Shown piece after piece: positions 62,286 to 64,000 of a stretch of DNA of 64,000 nucleotides; the first letter of the stretch is position 1, and each line of letters starts with the position of its first letter. The notes below the pieces were generated by a model. The model was not told where the DNA came from. It made no database searches and saw nothing but the letters and a program-made list of their open reading frames with translations. Source of the stretch: Rhizophagus irregularis (lineage: Eukaryota). The position numbers were made by a program, and so were the translations under genes. The stretch is from the NCBI RefSeq assembly GCF_026210795.1, contig NC_089430.1, forward strand, positions 1,674,001 through 1,738,000, in the 5' to 3' direction.

Positions 62286-64000
62286 AATTAAAAGTTATTT
62301 AGCAGTATAAAATCTACTTAATACTTATAAGACTTATTACATTTTTTATATTAATACTAACTTATGAATTATTGTATAATATATTATTATATTTAAACTA
62401 TATACTTTATATAAATATTTTTATTAATAAATTTATTAGTTTTTTCAAAACAAAACAATTTAAATTTTAATAAATTATGTAATATAAGTGAACTTTACCT
62501 TGGGTGAATTTTATCTCTGATAAATATTAAAATTACTCTTTTAAATAGTATTTAATTTTAAAAAATAATTTTTTTAATATTTAATTAATATATTATTATT
62601 ATTATTATTAGAAGTTATTTTAACATTACACTTTAAAAAATTTATGAAAAATATAAATATAAAAAAATGTATAAATGATTTTTAAAATTAATAATAGAAG
62701 TTATTTCAACATTATATATATATATTATATATATTATTAAAAAATTTATAAAAAAAAATAATTTCTAAAATTAATAAATCAATATATTTAACTAATTATT
62801 ATATTTTATTGTTTAATATAAATAATTAACAAGTATTTTTTTGTTTAATTTATAGTAAAAATTTGTTTAAATTATTTGAATTGTAAAAAAATTAAAATTT
62901 TTACTTTTTAATTAAAACAAATAAAATAAAAAAAAATAAATGCCAAAATCTAATTTTTTAAAATCATAAATAACTTAAATTTCAGAAATTATAATAATTG
63001 AATTACTAGTTATTAATAAATCATTTTCAAAAATCACAAAAATTTTGATTTTTATTTAAATTGATCATCAATTTTTGTAATTTTTGAAAGTATAAAAATT
63101 GCAAATCATCAATTTTTGTGATTTTTGAAAACTAATTTTTTAACAACTAGTAATTCAATTATTATGATTTTTGAAATATAAGTTATTTATGATTTTAAAA
63201 AATCAGATTTTGGCATTTATTTTTTTTTATTTTATTTGTTTTAATTAAAAAGTAAAAATTTTAATTTTTTTACAATTCAAATAATTTAAACAAATTTTTA
63301 CTATAAATTAAACAAAAAAATACTTGTTAATTATTTATATTAAACAATAAAATATAATAATTAGTTAAATATATTGATTTATTAATTTTAGAAATTATTT
63401 TTTTTTATAAATTTTTTAATAATATATATATATAATGTTGAAATAACTTCTATTATTAATTTTAAAAATCATTTATACATTTTTTTATATTTATATTTTT
63501 CATAAATTTTTTAAAGTGTAATGTTAAAATAACTTCTAATAATAATAATAATAATATATTAATTAAATATTAAAAAAATTATTTTTTAAAATTAAATATT
63601 ATTTAAAAGAGTAATTTTAATATTTATCAGAGATAAAATTCACCCAAGGTAAAGTTCACTTATATTACATAATTTATTAAAATTTAAATTGTTTTGTTTT
63701 GAAAAAACTAATAAATTTATTAATAAAAATATTTATATAAAGTATATAGTTTAAATATAATAATATATTATACAATAATTCATAAGTTAGTATTAATATA
63801 AAAAATGTAATAAGTCTTATAAGTATTAAGTAGATTTTATACTGCTAAATAACTTTTAATTAATAAAGAAAGTTGATTTCATTTGACTAAAGTGGTGAAA
63901 TTACGCTCCAAAGTTAGTAAATAAAAAAAGAAAAATTTGGAAGTTAGTACTATTATGAAAAATGTAGATTTTCCCATATGTATTATACCTATACCCATGA
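62146..64000. repeat. Giant near-perfect palindrome, truncated by the window end
   Basis: The last bases of the window are the reverse complement of 62146 onward; arms of ~900 bp pair inward to ~63043/63111. Confidence 0.9.

Overview
Very AT-rich, intron-containing eukaryotic DNA. The style (tyrosine-kinase-like kinases, HSPA12-like Hsp70, small secreted proteins, dense transposon debris) suggests an arbuscular mycorrhizal fungus such as Rhizophagus; this is inference. The centrepiece is a young, full-length ~10.3 kb Ty3/Gypsy LTR retrotransposon (19695-29967; near-identical LTRs, ACGT target-site duplication, tRNA-Gly-type PBS). It has several unusual parts: (i) the integrase is a separate ORF fused behind a thymidylate/deoxynucleoside-kinase-like P-loop domain; (ii) a degenerate sense-strand copy of what appears to be its own primer tRNA-Gly lies just before the PPT; (iii) Gag has a ~640-aa N-terminal extension with triplicated, partly CxxC-bearing modules; (iv) gag and protease are joined by an in-frame UGA-CUA readthrough-type context. 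Elsewhere there is a 33-aa ORF ending in a CaaX box that resembles a fungal lipopeptide pheromone precursor (52743-52844). There is also a triple nest: an RT-less LINE-like element with a 705-aa ORF, inside a solo LTR, inside a bromodomain + PD-(D/E)XK pseudogene. The rest comprises a GNAT gene, kinases, a membrane protein, a duplicated small secreted protein, many MITEs, several tandem arrays and a >=1.85 kb palindrome running off the right end. All calls were made by eye without database searches.
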